Shown here: positions 10,299 through 19,605 of the stretch, piece by piece
Numbering within the stretch: position 1 is the first letter of the stretch
Layout: each line of letters opens with the position of its first letter
NCBI GenBank assembly: GCA_051382295.1
Contig: JBBCAW010000068.1
Location: forward strand, 1-30,189
Length of the DNA stretch: 30,189 bases
Source: Bdellovibrionota bacterium FG-1
GTDB lineage: Bacteria > Bdellovibrionota > UBA1018
Reading direction: 5' to 3'
The notes under the pieces: model-generated
The model's input: the letters and a program-made list of their open reading frames with translations, nothing else
Told to the model about the DNA's origin: nothing
Databases searched by the model: none
Position numbers and translations under genes: made by a program

Positions 10299-11144
10299 AT
10301 GACGCAGAGCATGAAAAACATGAATTTGTCACTCGCCCTGTCCCTCCTGCCTGCTCTTGTCTTCTCGCTCGGAGCCGCGGAATGCGGGCCGATCAACACC
10401 GATATCGCGCCTCATCTGGATAGCATTGAACTGGTAGCCGACCACCCCACTCTCGATGCTGACACCCAGAACACTGAATACAGCACTCAAGAAGCGCGCC
10501 TCACGGGCAGCCAGCTCGTGGGCGTATTAACCGATCTGAACGACCCCGCTGCAATCGACTCAGAAGTTGAAGTGCAGATGCGCTGGGTGTGGCTGCACCC
10601 CAACGACATGCGTGCGATCTCAACCGACTGGCAAGTGCTCGACATTCTGAGTGCCACGGATAATGAAGTCGATGTGCGCGTTCCTCGCATGTCACATGCT
10701 GGCAAGCTAGAGTTCAAAATCAACGTGCGCGGCCGCGGTTGGTCTGACGTGCTCGATGTCGACGTACACAATGAATTCAAAGGTCCGACCGACCCTTTGA
10801 TCGAAACCGTGCGCGCAGCCTATGACGGCCCGGGTACCGACCATCGCATCAAGATGAATAAACCCACGCTTGTTTTTCTGACGGGTCCTAACATGTTTCC
10901 TTCCGACACGACTGGGTACAACTCGACCTACAAGGCGTCCGCGCAATGGCGTCAGGTTTCACCCATGGTAACCGAATGGACCAATGCAGGAGTATTCCCC
11001 GCGGCCTGGACACCCACAAGTCTCATCTTTGAGGTTTTGCCAGGCGATCTAACCGCGATGGTACCCGGTATGGTGGAAATTCGGGTCTATCACCCCGATA
11101 CGGGTGCAATCTCGAATGTCGTGGCTGCAATGGTTTTCAATTAA
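10299..11144 (+). CDS. Putative exported or lipoprotein with two IPT/TIG-like Ig domains
   Basis: Hydrophobic leader ending 'LGAAEC'. Two segments follow the pattern P.i..i / ltG.n / v.vP / G.v.i.V / S(N/D)v. The true start may be a later Met. Confidence 0.55.
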   Translation: MTQSMKNMNLSLALSLLPALVFSLGAAECGPINTDIAPHLDSIELVADHPTLDADTQNTEYSTQEARLTGSQLVGVLTDLNDPAAIDSEVEVQMRWVWLHPNDMRAISTDWQVLDILSATDNEVDVRVPRMSHAGKLEFKINVRGRGWSDVLDVDVHNEFKGPTDPLIETVRAAYDGPGTDHRIKMNKPTLVFLTGPNMFPSDTTGYNSTYKASAQWRQVSPMVTEWTNAGVFPAAWTPTSLIFEVLPGDLTAMVPGMVEIRVYHPDTGAISNVVAAMVFN

Positions 11145-11201
11145 CCCCCCGGCAGCGACCCAATCGCATCGATCCCTGGATCTTGATCCCGATCCCACAT
11201 G

Positions 11202-11301
11202 GGGGATCCCGGAAAAAGTGAGGGGATCCGCGCGCGCAGGAGGCGCGTTTTCGCGCGGAGGTCCAGGATGGCCGACCCCGACATCTTTTACCGGGATCCC
11301 C
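11202..11301. repeat. About 100-nt inverted-repeat stem-loop between convergent genes (REP/MITE-like or terminator)
   Basis: GGGGATCCCGGAAAAAG pairs with CTTTTACCGGGATCCCC at 16 of 17 positions. Inner TCCGCGCG/CGCGCGGA stem. Confidence 0.6.
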
Positions 11302-11642
11302 TATTCGTCTTCGTCTTTTCCAGGGTGCAGCGAATCCGGCTGGATCGGCTTGCCTTCGAGCGAAGAATTCACTTCAGCTCGCAACACCTGAGAAGGACGA
11401 AAAGTCAGAACCCGACGAGCACTGATTTCGATGCTCTCACCGGTCTGGGGATTACGGCCGATTCGGGAACGCTTTTCGCGAACCACAAAATTGCCGTAGC
11501 CAGAAATTTTTATTTTCTGGCCCTGCGCTAAGGTTGTTTTGATTTGGTCAAAAATCAATTCCACCAAATCCGCCGCATCCTTCTTTGAAAAACCTACTTT
11601 TTCGTAAAGTGTCTCTACGATATCCGCTTTGGTCATCGCCAC
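11301..11642 (-). CDS. ihfA: Integration host factor subunit alpha
   Basis: 'MTKADIVE', 'KISGYGNF.VREK..RIGRNPQTGE' and 'RRVLTFRPS'. Directly downstream of pheT. Confidence 0.93.
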   Translation of the reverse strand: MAMTKADIVETLYEKVGFSKKDAADLVELIFDQIKTTLAQGQKIKISGYGNFVVREKRSRIGRNPQTGESIEISARRVLTFRPSQVLRAEVNSSLEGKPIQPDSLHPGKDEDE

Positions 11643-11681
11643 GGGTTCAATTCCTCCCTGAATCCGATTAGTCAGTCGCCA

Positions 11682-14180
11682 CTAGTCCCTCAGCTGCGCA
11701 TCCAGTTCTTTCTTCCATGCTTGAAGAATGGACTGAGAAGCTGCTTCTGCCTCGGACTCTTGAAGACTGCGATTGTCTTCATTAAAGATAACCCGGACTG
11801 CAACGCTTGTCATCCCCTCGCCGACCTGAGAACCACGATAAATATCGAAAATCTTTACAACCTTCGCTAATGGCTTGCCGGCCTTCACCGCTACCTGAGT
11901 AATTCTATCCGCTGTCACATCTGATTTGACCACCAGCGCAAAGTCTCGTTCAATGGATGGAAACTGCGACACAGGCTTGTATACCCGCGGCTGGCTTGCC
12001 CCTCGGGACAATTTGGCAATCGATTCCCAATCCATTTCAGCCATCCAAAGAGGCGCCCTCGTCTTCAATTCCTTGGCTTGAGCGGGGTGAAGAAGCCCGA
12101 AGTACCCCGCCACCTCCTTGCCCGCCAAAATCTCAACACTCTGCCCAGGATGAAATAAAGCGTTCCCCCCGGTTCTCGAGGCACTCATTGGCTGAAACCG
12201 GACACCCCGTGCCCCTAAACCTTCCAAAGTCGACTCCACGACGGCCTTGAGGTCATAAAAATCGACCTCTCCCATTTCATTCCGTAAGCCATTGGCAAAG
12301 CGACTTCCAGAAAGCACGATGCTCAATTTCCAGCGCTCTGCTGCACCCGTCTCCATTTCTCCCCGCGCTTGAAGAGGCTGGCCCGCTTGCGCGAGCGTAA
12401 ATATGGGGCGCAACTCAAAAAGCCGAATCGCTAACGGATCCGAGCCAAAATGACGGTGCCAATTATCCAAAGCATTACGAACCAACCCCGGAAGCAACGA
12501 AGGAACCATCGCTTCATACTCTTCACTCAAAGGATTCATCAACGGGAGTTCGACTCCAGTGCCCGTAAAGCCGAATTTAGCCAGCCAACTTTTGCTGGTA
12601 AAAGCAAAGTTCAGGCTTTCCTGAAAACCCAAGCCCACCAAAGTATCTTTAGCGCGACCCATTAACGCCAGACGCCCCCGCATCGAAGAAGCAAAAGTGG
12701 GATCCGAACTCAGCGGTGGAATGGTCGCCGGAATTTGATCATAACCGAGCGTACGCGCCACTTCTTCAGCGAGATCCTCTGGAATTCGAAGGTCCCGACG
12801 GTAGGAGGGAGGGATAACCGTCCAATGCTGGTTGCCGTTTTTTCGCACAACACAATCTAAACTCGTCAGAATTTCTTCGGCCCGCTGTGGGCTCAAAGCC
12901 CCTGATTTTAGCCCTAAAAATCGCGTAAAGTAATCTTCTGAAAAAACGATTTCCTTGGCACTAGAACTCTGCACCGCTGCGCCGGCCTGAAACACGGCAG
13001 AGCCAGCCCCCACCACCCGGCCGCCCGCCACATCTAAAATCAGCGAAGACAAACGCGAAATCACGGAGGACAGGCCCAGGGGATCGATCCCCTTCTCAAA
13101 ACGTTGGGCTGCATCAGTGCGCCGTTGATACTTGGAAGCGGCTTTGCGCACCAGGCCTGGATGAAACTCAGCGCATTCCAGAAACACTCGCTGCGTAGTG
13201 GGCCGAACTTCGGAGTTTCCACCCCCCATCACTCCGGCAAGACCCATGGGCCCCTCACCGTCGAAAATCACCAACTCCGAACCTGACAGCTGAACCGTAC
13301 CCCCATCCAACAATAGAAGGCTTTCGCCGTCTTTTGACATACGTACACCGATTCGCCCACCCCGAATCAAATCCGCGTCATACGCATGCACCGGATGCCC
13401 CAGCTCCAGCATCACTAAATTAGTCGCATCCACCACATTATTGATCGATCGACTACCCAGAGCCTCCAGACGCTTCACCACCCAGGTGGGCGAAGGTCCA
13501 ATCCTCACCCCTTCAATCAAACAGCCAAAAAATTGAGGCGCGTTTTCACCGGCTTCAAGCGAAATAGAAATCGGTGAATTTGAGAAATTCAACACTTTTG
13601 CCTGGGTTCTCTTAGGCTTTTGCCCCAACGCCGCCGCCACCTCACGAGCCATTCCAAAATGGCTCATGCAATCGCCCCGATTGGCCGTGAGCTTAAACAC
13701 CAAAATGGCATCGTCTCGACCCAAAAAACGCGCGAGCGGAATACCCGACTGCGTGTCCGCCGGAAGTTCCAAAATACCTTCTGAGGTATCAGCCAACTTC
13801 AGTTCCGACTCTGAACAAAGCATACCGAACGACTCAACTCCCCGAATCTTGCCTACGCCAATCTTCACTCCGTTCGGCAGCTCGGCCCCGATTTGCGCGA
13901 GCGCTACATGAATCCCCGCGCGCGCGTTGGGCGCTCCGCATACAATCTGGAGAGGATCTCCCGACCCCGTGGAAACCTGACAAAGACTCAGACGATCCGA
14001 CTGAGGATGTTGCTCACGATGAACAATTTGAGCCGTCACGACTTTTTCAAGCCCTTGATCCTGGCGTTCAATGGCCTCGACCTCAAGACCCCGTGCCGTC
14101 AAAAGCTCAGCTAACCCCTGAGGACCGCCCACTTGACTCAAATCCACCATTTCCGAAAGCCAATTCCATGAAATTTTCAT
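11682..14180 (-). CDS. pheT: Phenylalanine--tRNA ligase beta subunit
   Basis: 'MKISWNWL', 'IVCGAPN', 'TANRGDCMS', 'RFEKG', 'NPLSEE' and 'FDIYRG'. Confidence 0.98.
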   Translation of the reverse strand: MKISWNWLSEMVDLSQVGGPQGLAELLTARGLEVEAIERQDQGLEKVVTAQIVHREQHPQSDRLSLCQVSTGSGDPLQIVCGAPNARAGIHVALAQIGAELPNGVKIGVGKIRGVESFGMLCSESELKLADTSEGILELPADTQSGIPLARFLGRDDAILVFKLTANRGDCMSHFGMAREVAAALGQKPKRTQAKVLNFSNSPISISLEAGENAPQFFGCLIEGVRIGPSPTWVVKRLEALGSRSINNVVDATNLVMLELGHPVHAYDADLIRGGRIGVRMSKDGESLLLLDGGTVQLSGSELVIFDGEGPMGLAGVMGGGNSEVRPTTQRVFLECAEFHPGLVRKAASKYQRRTDAAQRFEKGIDPLGLSSVISRLSSLILDVAGGRVVGAGSAVFQAGAAVQSSSAKEIVFSEDYFTRFLGLKSGALSPQRAEEILTSLDCVVRKNGNQHWTVIPPSYRRDLRIPEDLAEEVARTLGYDQIPATIPPLSSDPTFASSMRGRLALMGRAKDTLVGLGFQESLNFAFTSKSWLAKFGFTGTGVELPLMNPLSEEYEAMVPSLLPGLVRNALDNWHRHFGSDPLAIRLFELRPIFTLAQAGQPLQARGEMETGAAERWKLSIVLSGSRFANGLRNEMGEVDFYDLKAVVESTLEGLGARGVRFQPMSASRTGGNALFHPGQSVEILAGKEVAGYFGLLHPAQAKELKTRAPLWMAEMDWESIAKLSRGASQPRVYKPVSQFPSIERDFALVVKSDVTADRITQVAVKAGKPLAKVVKIFDIYRGSQVGEGMTSVAVRVIFNEDNRSLQESEAEAASQSILQAWKKELDAQLRD

Positions 14181-14196
14181 ATTTCCTCAAGTTCAC

Positions 14197-15240
14197 TCAA
14201 AACTGGCCCAGAAAACGAGAATCCCCGGCAAACATCAAACGAAGATCCGGAACCTCATGAAGCAACATCGAAATCCGCTCCACGCCCATCCCGAAGGCAA
14301 ACCCCGTCAGCCCTGGATCGGTATAACCCGCCATCTCCAAAAGCCGCGGATGCACCATCCCTGCGCCCAAAATTTCGATCCAACCCGTACTTTTGCAAAG
14401 CCGACACGCGTTTTTAACCGCCGCCGATTTACCCCGACACATGAAGCAACTCACATCGACTTCGGCGCCGGGTTCAACAAACGGAAAATAGCTTGGCCGC
14501 AAACGAATCTCAGTTTCCGCACCAAAAACCTCGCGTGCAAAGAACTGAAGAACCCCTTTGAGGTCGCTCATCCGAACCCCGTGATCGACCCATAGCCCCT
14601 CGACTTGATGAAACATCGGAGTATGGGTAGCATCACTATCGGAACGATAAACGGCTCCCGGACATAAAATGCGGATGGGCGTTTTTTGTGAACGCATCGC
14701 CCGCATCTGCACGGAGGAAGTATGCGTACGAAGCACCACTCCCGGCGCCATAAAAAACGTATCCTGCATATCCCGAGCAGGATGATCGGCAGGAATGTTG
14801 ACCGCCTCAAAATTCAAAAACTCCGTCTCAATCTCTGGACCCGTCATGACATCAAAGCCAAGACGACTAAAAACCTCGATAATTCGGCGTGTAGTTTGAG
14901 TAATCAGATGCAAGGAGCCTCGATGAGGCATTCGGGCAGGCAAGGTAATGTCGAGCTTTTCCGTGCGAATTCGCTCATCGAGTTGCGCTTGCTCAAGCTG
15001 ATTTTTGCGACTTTCTAAGGCCGCCTCAATGCGACGCTTCCATTCATTGGCCGCCGCGCCCGCCTTAGGCCTTTCCTCGGAACTCACCGCGCCTAAGCCT
15101 TTTAAAACCTCGCTTAAAGCTCCCTTTTTACCAAGGACTGCCACACGCACTTGCTCCAAAACATCCAAGGAGGACGCTTGGGCGAGTTGCTCGAGTGTCG
15201 CATTTCCAATTCCATCGAGTTTCGCTGTGAGACCGTTCAT
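14197..15240 (-). CDS. pheS: Phenylalanine--tRNA ligase alpha subunit
   Basis: 'HPARDMQDTF', 'LRTHTS', 'THTPMFHQVEG', 'RPSYFPFVEP' and 'GFAFGMGVER'. Confidence 0.98.
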   Translation of the reverse strand: MNGLTAKLDGIGNATLEQLAQASSLDVLEQVRVAVLGKKGALSEVLKGLGAVSSEERPKAGAAANEWKRRIEAALESRKNQLEQAQLDERIRTEKLDITLPARMPHRGSLHLITQTTRRIIEVFSRLGFDVMTGPEIETEFLNFEAVNIPADHPARDMQDTFFMAPGVVLRTHTSSVQMRAMRSQKTPIRILCPGAVYRSDSDATHTPMFHQVEGLWVDHGVRMSDLKGVLQFFAREVFGAETEIRLRPSYFPFVEPGAEVDVSCFMCRGKSAAVKNACRLCKSTGWIEILGAGMVHPRLLEMAGYTDPGLTGFAFGMGVERISMLLHEVPDLRLMFAGDSRFLGQF

Positions 15241-15264
15241 CTTTCAACCCCTCCCACAAAAGCC

Positions 15265-15308
15265 AAAAAAAAGGAACCTCTCCGTGAATGACACGAAAAA
15301 GTTCCTTT
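15265..15308 (-). terminator. Intrinsic terminator between rplT and pheS
   Basis: Minus-strand RNA AAAGGAACUUUUUCGUG-UCAUU-CACGGAGAGGUUCCUUU plus a U run. The G:U pairs form only on the minus strand. Confidence 0.75.
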
Positions 15309-15387
15309 AAATTTTAGTAAAGCTATCAGTTGTCAGCATTCAAACTGGACAAACAAAGGCCGATTCGACGTAAAAACTACGGCAAAC

Positions 15388-15750
15388 TCAGAGCTTAGGA
15401 GCCAAAGAGCGAACCTGATCGACAATGGCAGCGAAAGCCTTAGGATCTACGATCGCAATGTCAGACAATACCTTGCGATCAAGCTTCACCTTTGCGGCCT
15501 TAAAGGCAGCGATCAGGCGGCTATAGCTGATATTATTACCTGAGGCTGCTGCCGAAAGGCGAGCAATCCAAAGCTGGCGGAAATCCCTCTTCTTAGCCCG
15601 ACGATCGCGAAAGGCATAGACATGAGCACGGTCCACAGCTTCAGCAGTGCGCTTGAACTTGTTACCAAGTCCCAGAACAAAGCCTGCTGCGCGTTTCAAT
15701 ACTTTATTATGACGACGACGTTTTTTAAAACCACGTTTTGCGCGAGGCAT
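15388..15750 (-). CDS. rplT: 50S ribosomal protein L20
   Basis: 'MPRAKRG', 'YAFRDRR.KKRDFRQLWIAR' and 'LDRKVLSDIA'. Confidence 0.98.
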   Translation of the reverse strand: MPRAKRGFKKRRRHNKVLKRAAGFVLGLGNKFKRTAEAVDRAHVYAFRDRRAKKRDFRQLWIARLSAAASGNNISYSRLIAAFKAAKVKLDRKVLSDIAIVDPKAFAAIVDQVRSLAPKL

Positions 15751-15780
15751 TCGAACTCCTTAAAAAATTAGATCACCGAT

Positions 15781-15981
15781 TCACTTTGAACCGTAGGGCA
15801 TGCACTTCTCAACGTGCTTCATATCGCCCTCGAAAACAAACCCAGCCTTACGCAACTTCAGCTTGCGCCCGGCATTCTTACTTCCCAAATTATGGCGCTT
15901 ATTCGTGCGTTTAAACTTTATTTTACCTGTAGCAGTAAAGGAAAAACGCTTAGCTGCCGCTTTTTTCGTCTTCAGTTTCAT
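15781..15981 (-). CDS. rpmI: 50S ribosomal protein L35
   Basis: 'MKLKTKKAAAKRFSFTATGKIK'. Start set at ATG 15981 after a GAGG RBS. Confidence 0.95.
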   Translation of the reverse strand: MKLKTKKAAAKRFSFTATGKIKFKRTNKRHNLGSKNAGRKLKLRKAGFVFEGDMKHVEKCMPYGSK

Positions 15982-16027
15982 TATGTCCTCGTAATACTGA
16001 AAAGCCCTGACGTTTTGTAAGTGCTGC

Positions 16028-16057
16028 AACCTACTCCAAACCCCTAAGGGCCGTCAA
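16028..16057 (-). promoter_or_regulatory. Putative sigma70 promoter for rpmI-rplT
   Basis: TTGACG-N18-TAGGTT on the minus strand. Confidence 0.4.
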
Positions 16058-16086
16058 GCATTTATGAGACTAGTTTTTAGCCTATT

Positions 16087-16797
16087 TTAATCGACCTTTT
16101 CGCCTTCCGGTTTATCCCCAATACTGACCGTAGGTCGAATCACAATTGAGCTTAAGGCCGGCTTCTTGGATGCTCCGGGAGCGATAATCATGATCAACTT
16201 CTTGCCTTCCAGCTTAGGATGAGCCTCCACTGTGGCAATATCTTTAACCTGATCAGCCAACTGCCGCATCATCTTAAAACCCTGATCTGCGTAGGTAATT
16301 TCACGACCCCGGAACATAATCGTGATTTTAACCTTGTCGCCATCCATCAAGAACTGCCGGGCATTTTTGAACTTATAGTCCAAATCATGCTCTTCAGTCT
16401 GCGGGCGAAGTTGAATCTCCTTCACCTTAATGACAGTTTGCTTTTTCCTGGCTTCGTGTTCTTTTTTCTTCTTTTCGTATTTAAATTTGCCGTAATCGCA
16501 GATCTTACACACCGGCGGCTGCGAATTGGGCGAAACCTCCATCAGATCGAGCCCACGATCACGCGCCATTTGTAGCGCCTCATGAGTCGAAACCACCCCC
16601 ACCTGTCCGCCTTTTTCATCAATCAGGCGAACTTGAGGCACGCGGATTCTCTCATTAATCCGATGCTCATCTTTGCTTTGATTGGGGACGGGACCGCGTG
16701 GAAAACGGGGTCGAAACGAAGGTCCAGCTGGGCCGGATGGACTAGACGGACTCGAAGGACCGGACGGACTAGACGGACTCGAAGGTATAAATGCCAT
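16087..16797 (-). CDS. infC: Translation initiation factor IF-3 with Ser/Pro-rich N-terminal extension
   Basis: 'RINERIRVPQVRLI', 'PPVCKICDYGKFKYE' and 'GDKVK.TIMFRGRE'. Start uncertain; ATG 16797 chosen. Confidence 0.95.
   Translation of the reverse strand: MAFIPSSPSSPSGPSSPSSPSGPAGPSFRPRFPRGPVPNQSKDEHRINERIRVPQVRLIDEKGGQVGVVSTHEALQMARDRGLDLMEVSPNSQPPVCKICDYGKFKYEKKKKEHEARKKQTVIKVKEIQLRPQTEEHDLDYKFKNARQFLMDGDKVKITIMFRGREITYADQGFKMMRQLADQVKDIATVEAHPKLEGKKLIMIIAPGASKKPALSSIVIRPTVSIGDKPEGEKVD
16733..16786. repeat. 27-bp tandem duplication encoding PSSPSSPSG twice in the infC 5' end
   Basis: ccggatggactagacggactcgaagga / ccggacggactagacggactcgaaggt. Confidence 0.9.
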
Positions 16798-16882
16798 TCT
16801 GGTTTTCTTAAAAACCTCCCAAGCCTTGACAAATACCCGACTCCCCATGCCTAGTCAAGCGCAAGGGGGCTGGGTGCCCAAT

Positions 16883-16927
16883 AAAAAAGGCCCAGAAGTC
16901 AGGCGATTAGCGCAGGACTCTTGGGCC
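16883..16927 (-). terminator. Intrinsic terminator downstream of the basic hypothetical gene
   Basis: GGCCCAAGAGTC...GACTTCTGGGCC followed by T6 on the minus strand. Confidence 0.65.
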
Positions 16928-16957
16928 AAAATCTTACAAAAAGGCGATGATCTCGAG

Positions 16958-17365
16958 TTAAGAGCCCGAAGCCGATTTCTTGGTCGAAGCCTTCTTTTTG
17001 GTTCCAGTCGCTTTTTTGGTCTTACCTTTGGCCTTCGAGCCAGCACGGTTAACCTTACCCACTTTGGCCAAAAGCTTTTCAAATTCCTTGCGTTGAGAAA
17101 GAACGAAGGAACGAACTTTCTTCACTTCTCCCGGAATTTGCTTCTGAAAACGCTCGAGTTCCTTGCGTTCACGTTCCAAAAAAGCCTTCACTTTGCTGGA
17201 GTCAGCGGAAATCAACTTCTTCACTTCCTTACCCTGACGTTCGGCGTACTTTCGAGCGTCTTCAACCCAGTCTTGATTCTTAATGAGGGTTTGAAGCTTT
17301 TGTTGCGCTTGCTTAACTCGACCCACCACTTTCTTAATTTCAGTATTCATCGTTGTCGCTTTCAT
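16958..17365 (-). CDS. Hypothetical basic coiled-coil protein with Lys/Ala/Thr-rich tail
   Basis: 135-aa ORF in line with its neighbours, AAGGGG RBS, and tail 'KAKGKTKKATGTKKKASTKK'. Confidence 0.75.
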   Translation of the reverse strand: MKATTMNTEIKKVVGRVKQAQQKLQTLIKNQDWVEDARKYAERQGKEVKKLISADSSKVKAFLERERKELERFQKQIPGEVKKVRSFVLSQRKEFEKLLAKVGKVNRAGSKAKGKTKKATGTKKKASTKKSASGS

Positions 17366-17420
17366 TTTTTAGCCCCCTTGGCACGGAGTGTTATCATGAC
17401 TATTTTGCGTCGTAAAGCAT

Positions 17421-19106
17421 TTATTGGTCCCAGCTCTTTGCTATCGGAATTCGACGGCCAATCCCAAAGGCTTTTGAGCTGATTTTAAAAATGGGCGCCG
17501 CTTGCCGTCGTTTAAACTCATTCAACTCAACCCGCCTCAGAATATCACGAACCCAACCCGTGCCGGAGGAATACTTGAGCTCGAGCTCAGAAACTGAAAC
17601 TGACTTCTCGAGATAGTCATGCAAAAGAGCATCTAATTGGTCATAGGGAGGCAAGGTATCCTGATCCGTTTGATTGGGTTTGAGCTCAGCCGAAGGCGCC
17701 TTAGTGATCGAGCGCTCAGGAATAGAATTTCCGCGCGTCGCATTCAAATGCCGGGCTAAATCATAAACTCGCGTCTTAAACACATCACCAATAGGACCCA
17801 ATGCCCCGCACATATCGCCATAAAGGGTTCCATACCCCGTAGCGAGCTCAGATTTATTGCCGGTAGTGAGAACCAAGGCATTGTAGTGATTCGAAAGAGT
17901 CATCAAAACAACCCCCCGCAGACGCGCCTGAAGGTTTTCTAAAGCAATCGGGTTGAGCTGACCTCGCCCTTCAGCTAATTCCCGCGATGAAGTCGCAAAC
18001 AAAAATTTTATGGGACGAACCTCAAAAGCCATCCCCAATTGACCAGCCAGGAGCTGAGCATCCTCAAGACTATGCCCCGACGAATGCTGACTGGGCATCG
18101 CGACCCCCAACATATTTTTGGCGCCGATCGCCAACGCACCCAGTGCAGCCACAACGGCTGAATCAATCCCACCACTCAGTCCAATCACCGCCGAGCGAAA
18201 CCCGGTTCGCGCAAAGTATTCACGAATTCCCACAATCAAGCCACGCGTCAGGGTTTCAATCTCACTCGGAGCCTGATCCTCTCGATCACCCTGAGCGGAC
18301 GCCTGAAAACAAGGAATACCGGTGGCAAAATCATGATCAATCAATGCAAAAGCCTGTTCAAAAACCCGCAACCGGCCTGTCAATTGGCCTTGCCGATCCA
18401 AAGCAAACGAGCCCCCATCGAACAAAATCTCATCCGTTGCGCCGACCTGATTCACGTAAATCAGAGGCGCCCCCACCGTCTGCACTGCCTGAGCATGAAT
18501 TTGTTCGCGATGCGCCCGCTTGCCCCACTGATAGGGGCTTGCGGAAGCCGAAACGACCAGTTCCGCCCCCAACTCTCGGTACCGATCCAGGGGATCGATT
18601 GGATTTCGACCGTAAATCTGCCGCCCAAAGCCCGGATCGTGGCCCCAAAGATCCTCACAAATGGCGATCGCGATTTTATGGCCGTCACAATTCCATAGGC
18701 CAATCTGGTCGGCGGGTTCAAAATAGCGCGCCTCATCAAATACATCATAAGAAGGAAGCAATGTCTTAGCTTGGCTAAAAACACGCTTACCATTCTCTAA
18801 GATGGTCACGACATTTTGCGCTGCCCGGCCGCGTTCAGAAGGATTTAAGGCAACATGACCGACCGCAAGAGCACAGGTTTTTCCCAAGGTCAGGACGGCC
18901 AGCTCTTGAAGCGCCTTTTCATTACGCGAAAACATTTCTGGACGATCGACTAGATCATACGGGGGATAGCCGCATACGCTCAACTCAGGGGTCAAAAGCA
19001 AACGGGCACCCAGAGAGGATGCCCGTTCGTAAGCTTCGCGAATTTTGCGAACATTGCCCTCGAAAGCTCCGACAACCGGATCAATCTGAGCGATCGCGAT
19101 TTTCAT
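17421..19106 (-). CDS. nadE: Glutamine-dependent NAD+ synthetase
   Basis: Nitrilase domain ('PEL', 'KTLLP.YDVFDEARYF', 'ICEDLW') plus 'GLSGGIDS', 'ENLQARLR', 'TGNKSE' and 'PSAEL'. Confidence 0.97.
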   Translation of the reverse strand: MKIAIAQIDPVVGAFEGNVRKIREAYERASSLGARLLLTPELSVCGYPPYDLVDRPEMFSRNEKALQELAVLTLGKTCALAVGHVALNPSERGRAAQNVVTILENGKRVFSQAKTLLPSYDVFDEARYFEPADQIGLWNCDGHKIAIAICEDLWGHDPGFGRQIYGRNPIDPLDRYRELGAELVVSASASPYQWGKRAHREQIHAQAVQTVGAPLIYVNQVGATDEILFDGGSFALDRQGQLTGRLRVFEQAFALIDHDFATGIPCFQASAQGDREDQAPSEIETLTRGLIVGIREYFARTGFRSAVIGLSGGIDSAVVAALGALAIGAKNMLGVAMPSQHSSGHSLEDAQLLAGQLGMAFEVRPIKFLFATSSRELAEGRGQLNPIALENLQARLRGVVLMTLSNHYNALVLTTGNKSELATGYGTLYGDMCGALGPIGDVFKTRVYDLARHLNATRGNSIPERSITKAPSAELKPNQTDQDTLPPYDQLDALLHDYLEKSVSVSELELKYSSGTGWVRDILRRVELNEFKRRQAAPIFKISSKAFGIGRRIPIAKSWDQ

Positions 19107-19535
19107 TTAGTAGCGCTTTTGAAGGTCCGACTTGTCAAAAAAGTAGGCGATTTCACGTTCCGCCGACTTTAAGCTATCCGATCCATGAACGGCATTGGCT
19201 TCAATACTGTCGGCAAAATCCTTACGAATCGTGCCTGGGGATGCTTTAGCTGGGTCCGTGGCGCCCATAATCTCGCGATTCAAAAGGACGGCATTTTCAC
19301 CTTCAAGAACCATCAACAACACAGGGCCGCTGGTCATGAACTGGACCAAGCTCTGGAAGAAAGAGCGCTCTTGATGCTCAATATAAAAACCTTCAGCCTT
19401 TTCACGAGTCAGGCGGGTAAATTTGGCAGCTCCGATACGCAAGCCTTTGCTTTCAAAGCGTTGAATGATCGCGCCGATCGCATTCTTTTCAACCGCATTA
19501 GGCTTAATAATGGAAAACGTACGTTCAATAGCCAT
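19107..19535 (-). CDS. ndk: Nucleoside diphosphate kinase
   Basis: 'ERTFSIIKP', 'FMTSGP', 'PGTIR' and 'NAVHGSDS'. Confidence 0.98.
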   Translation of the reverse strand: MAIERTFSIIKPNAVEKNAIGAIIQRFESKGLRIGAAKFTRLTREKAEGFYIEHQERSFFQSLVQFMTSGPVLLMVLEGENAVLLNREIMGATDPAKASPGTIRKDFADSIEANAVHGSDSLKSAEREIAYFFDKSDLQKRY

Positions 19536-19605
19536 TTAAAAAACTCCTCTGGTTAACAATAACCGATCTGATAGCTGAATAGATTAATTTTGGCGAGGGG
19601 GCTTT

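Noticed and set aside
15982..16029. N-terminal extension of L35 in the ORF track
   Set aside because: RBS and homology support the ATG at 15981; the extension overlaps the putative promoter/leader.
16682..17482. 266-aa plus-strand ORF
   Set aside because: Antisense shadow of infC and the basic hypothetical gene; no recognisable motifs.
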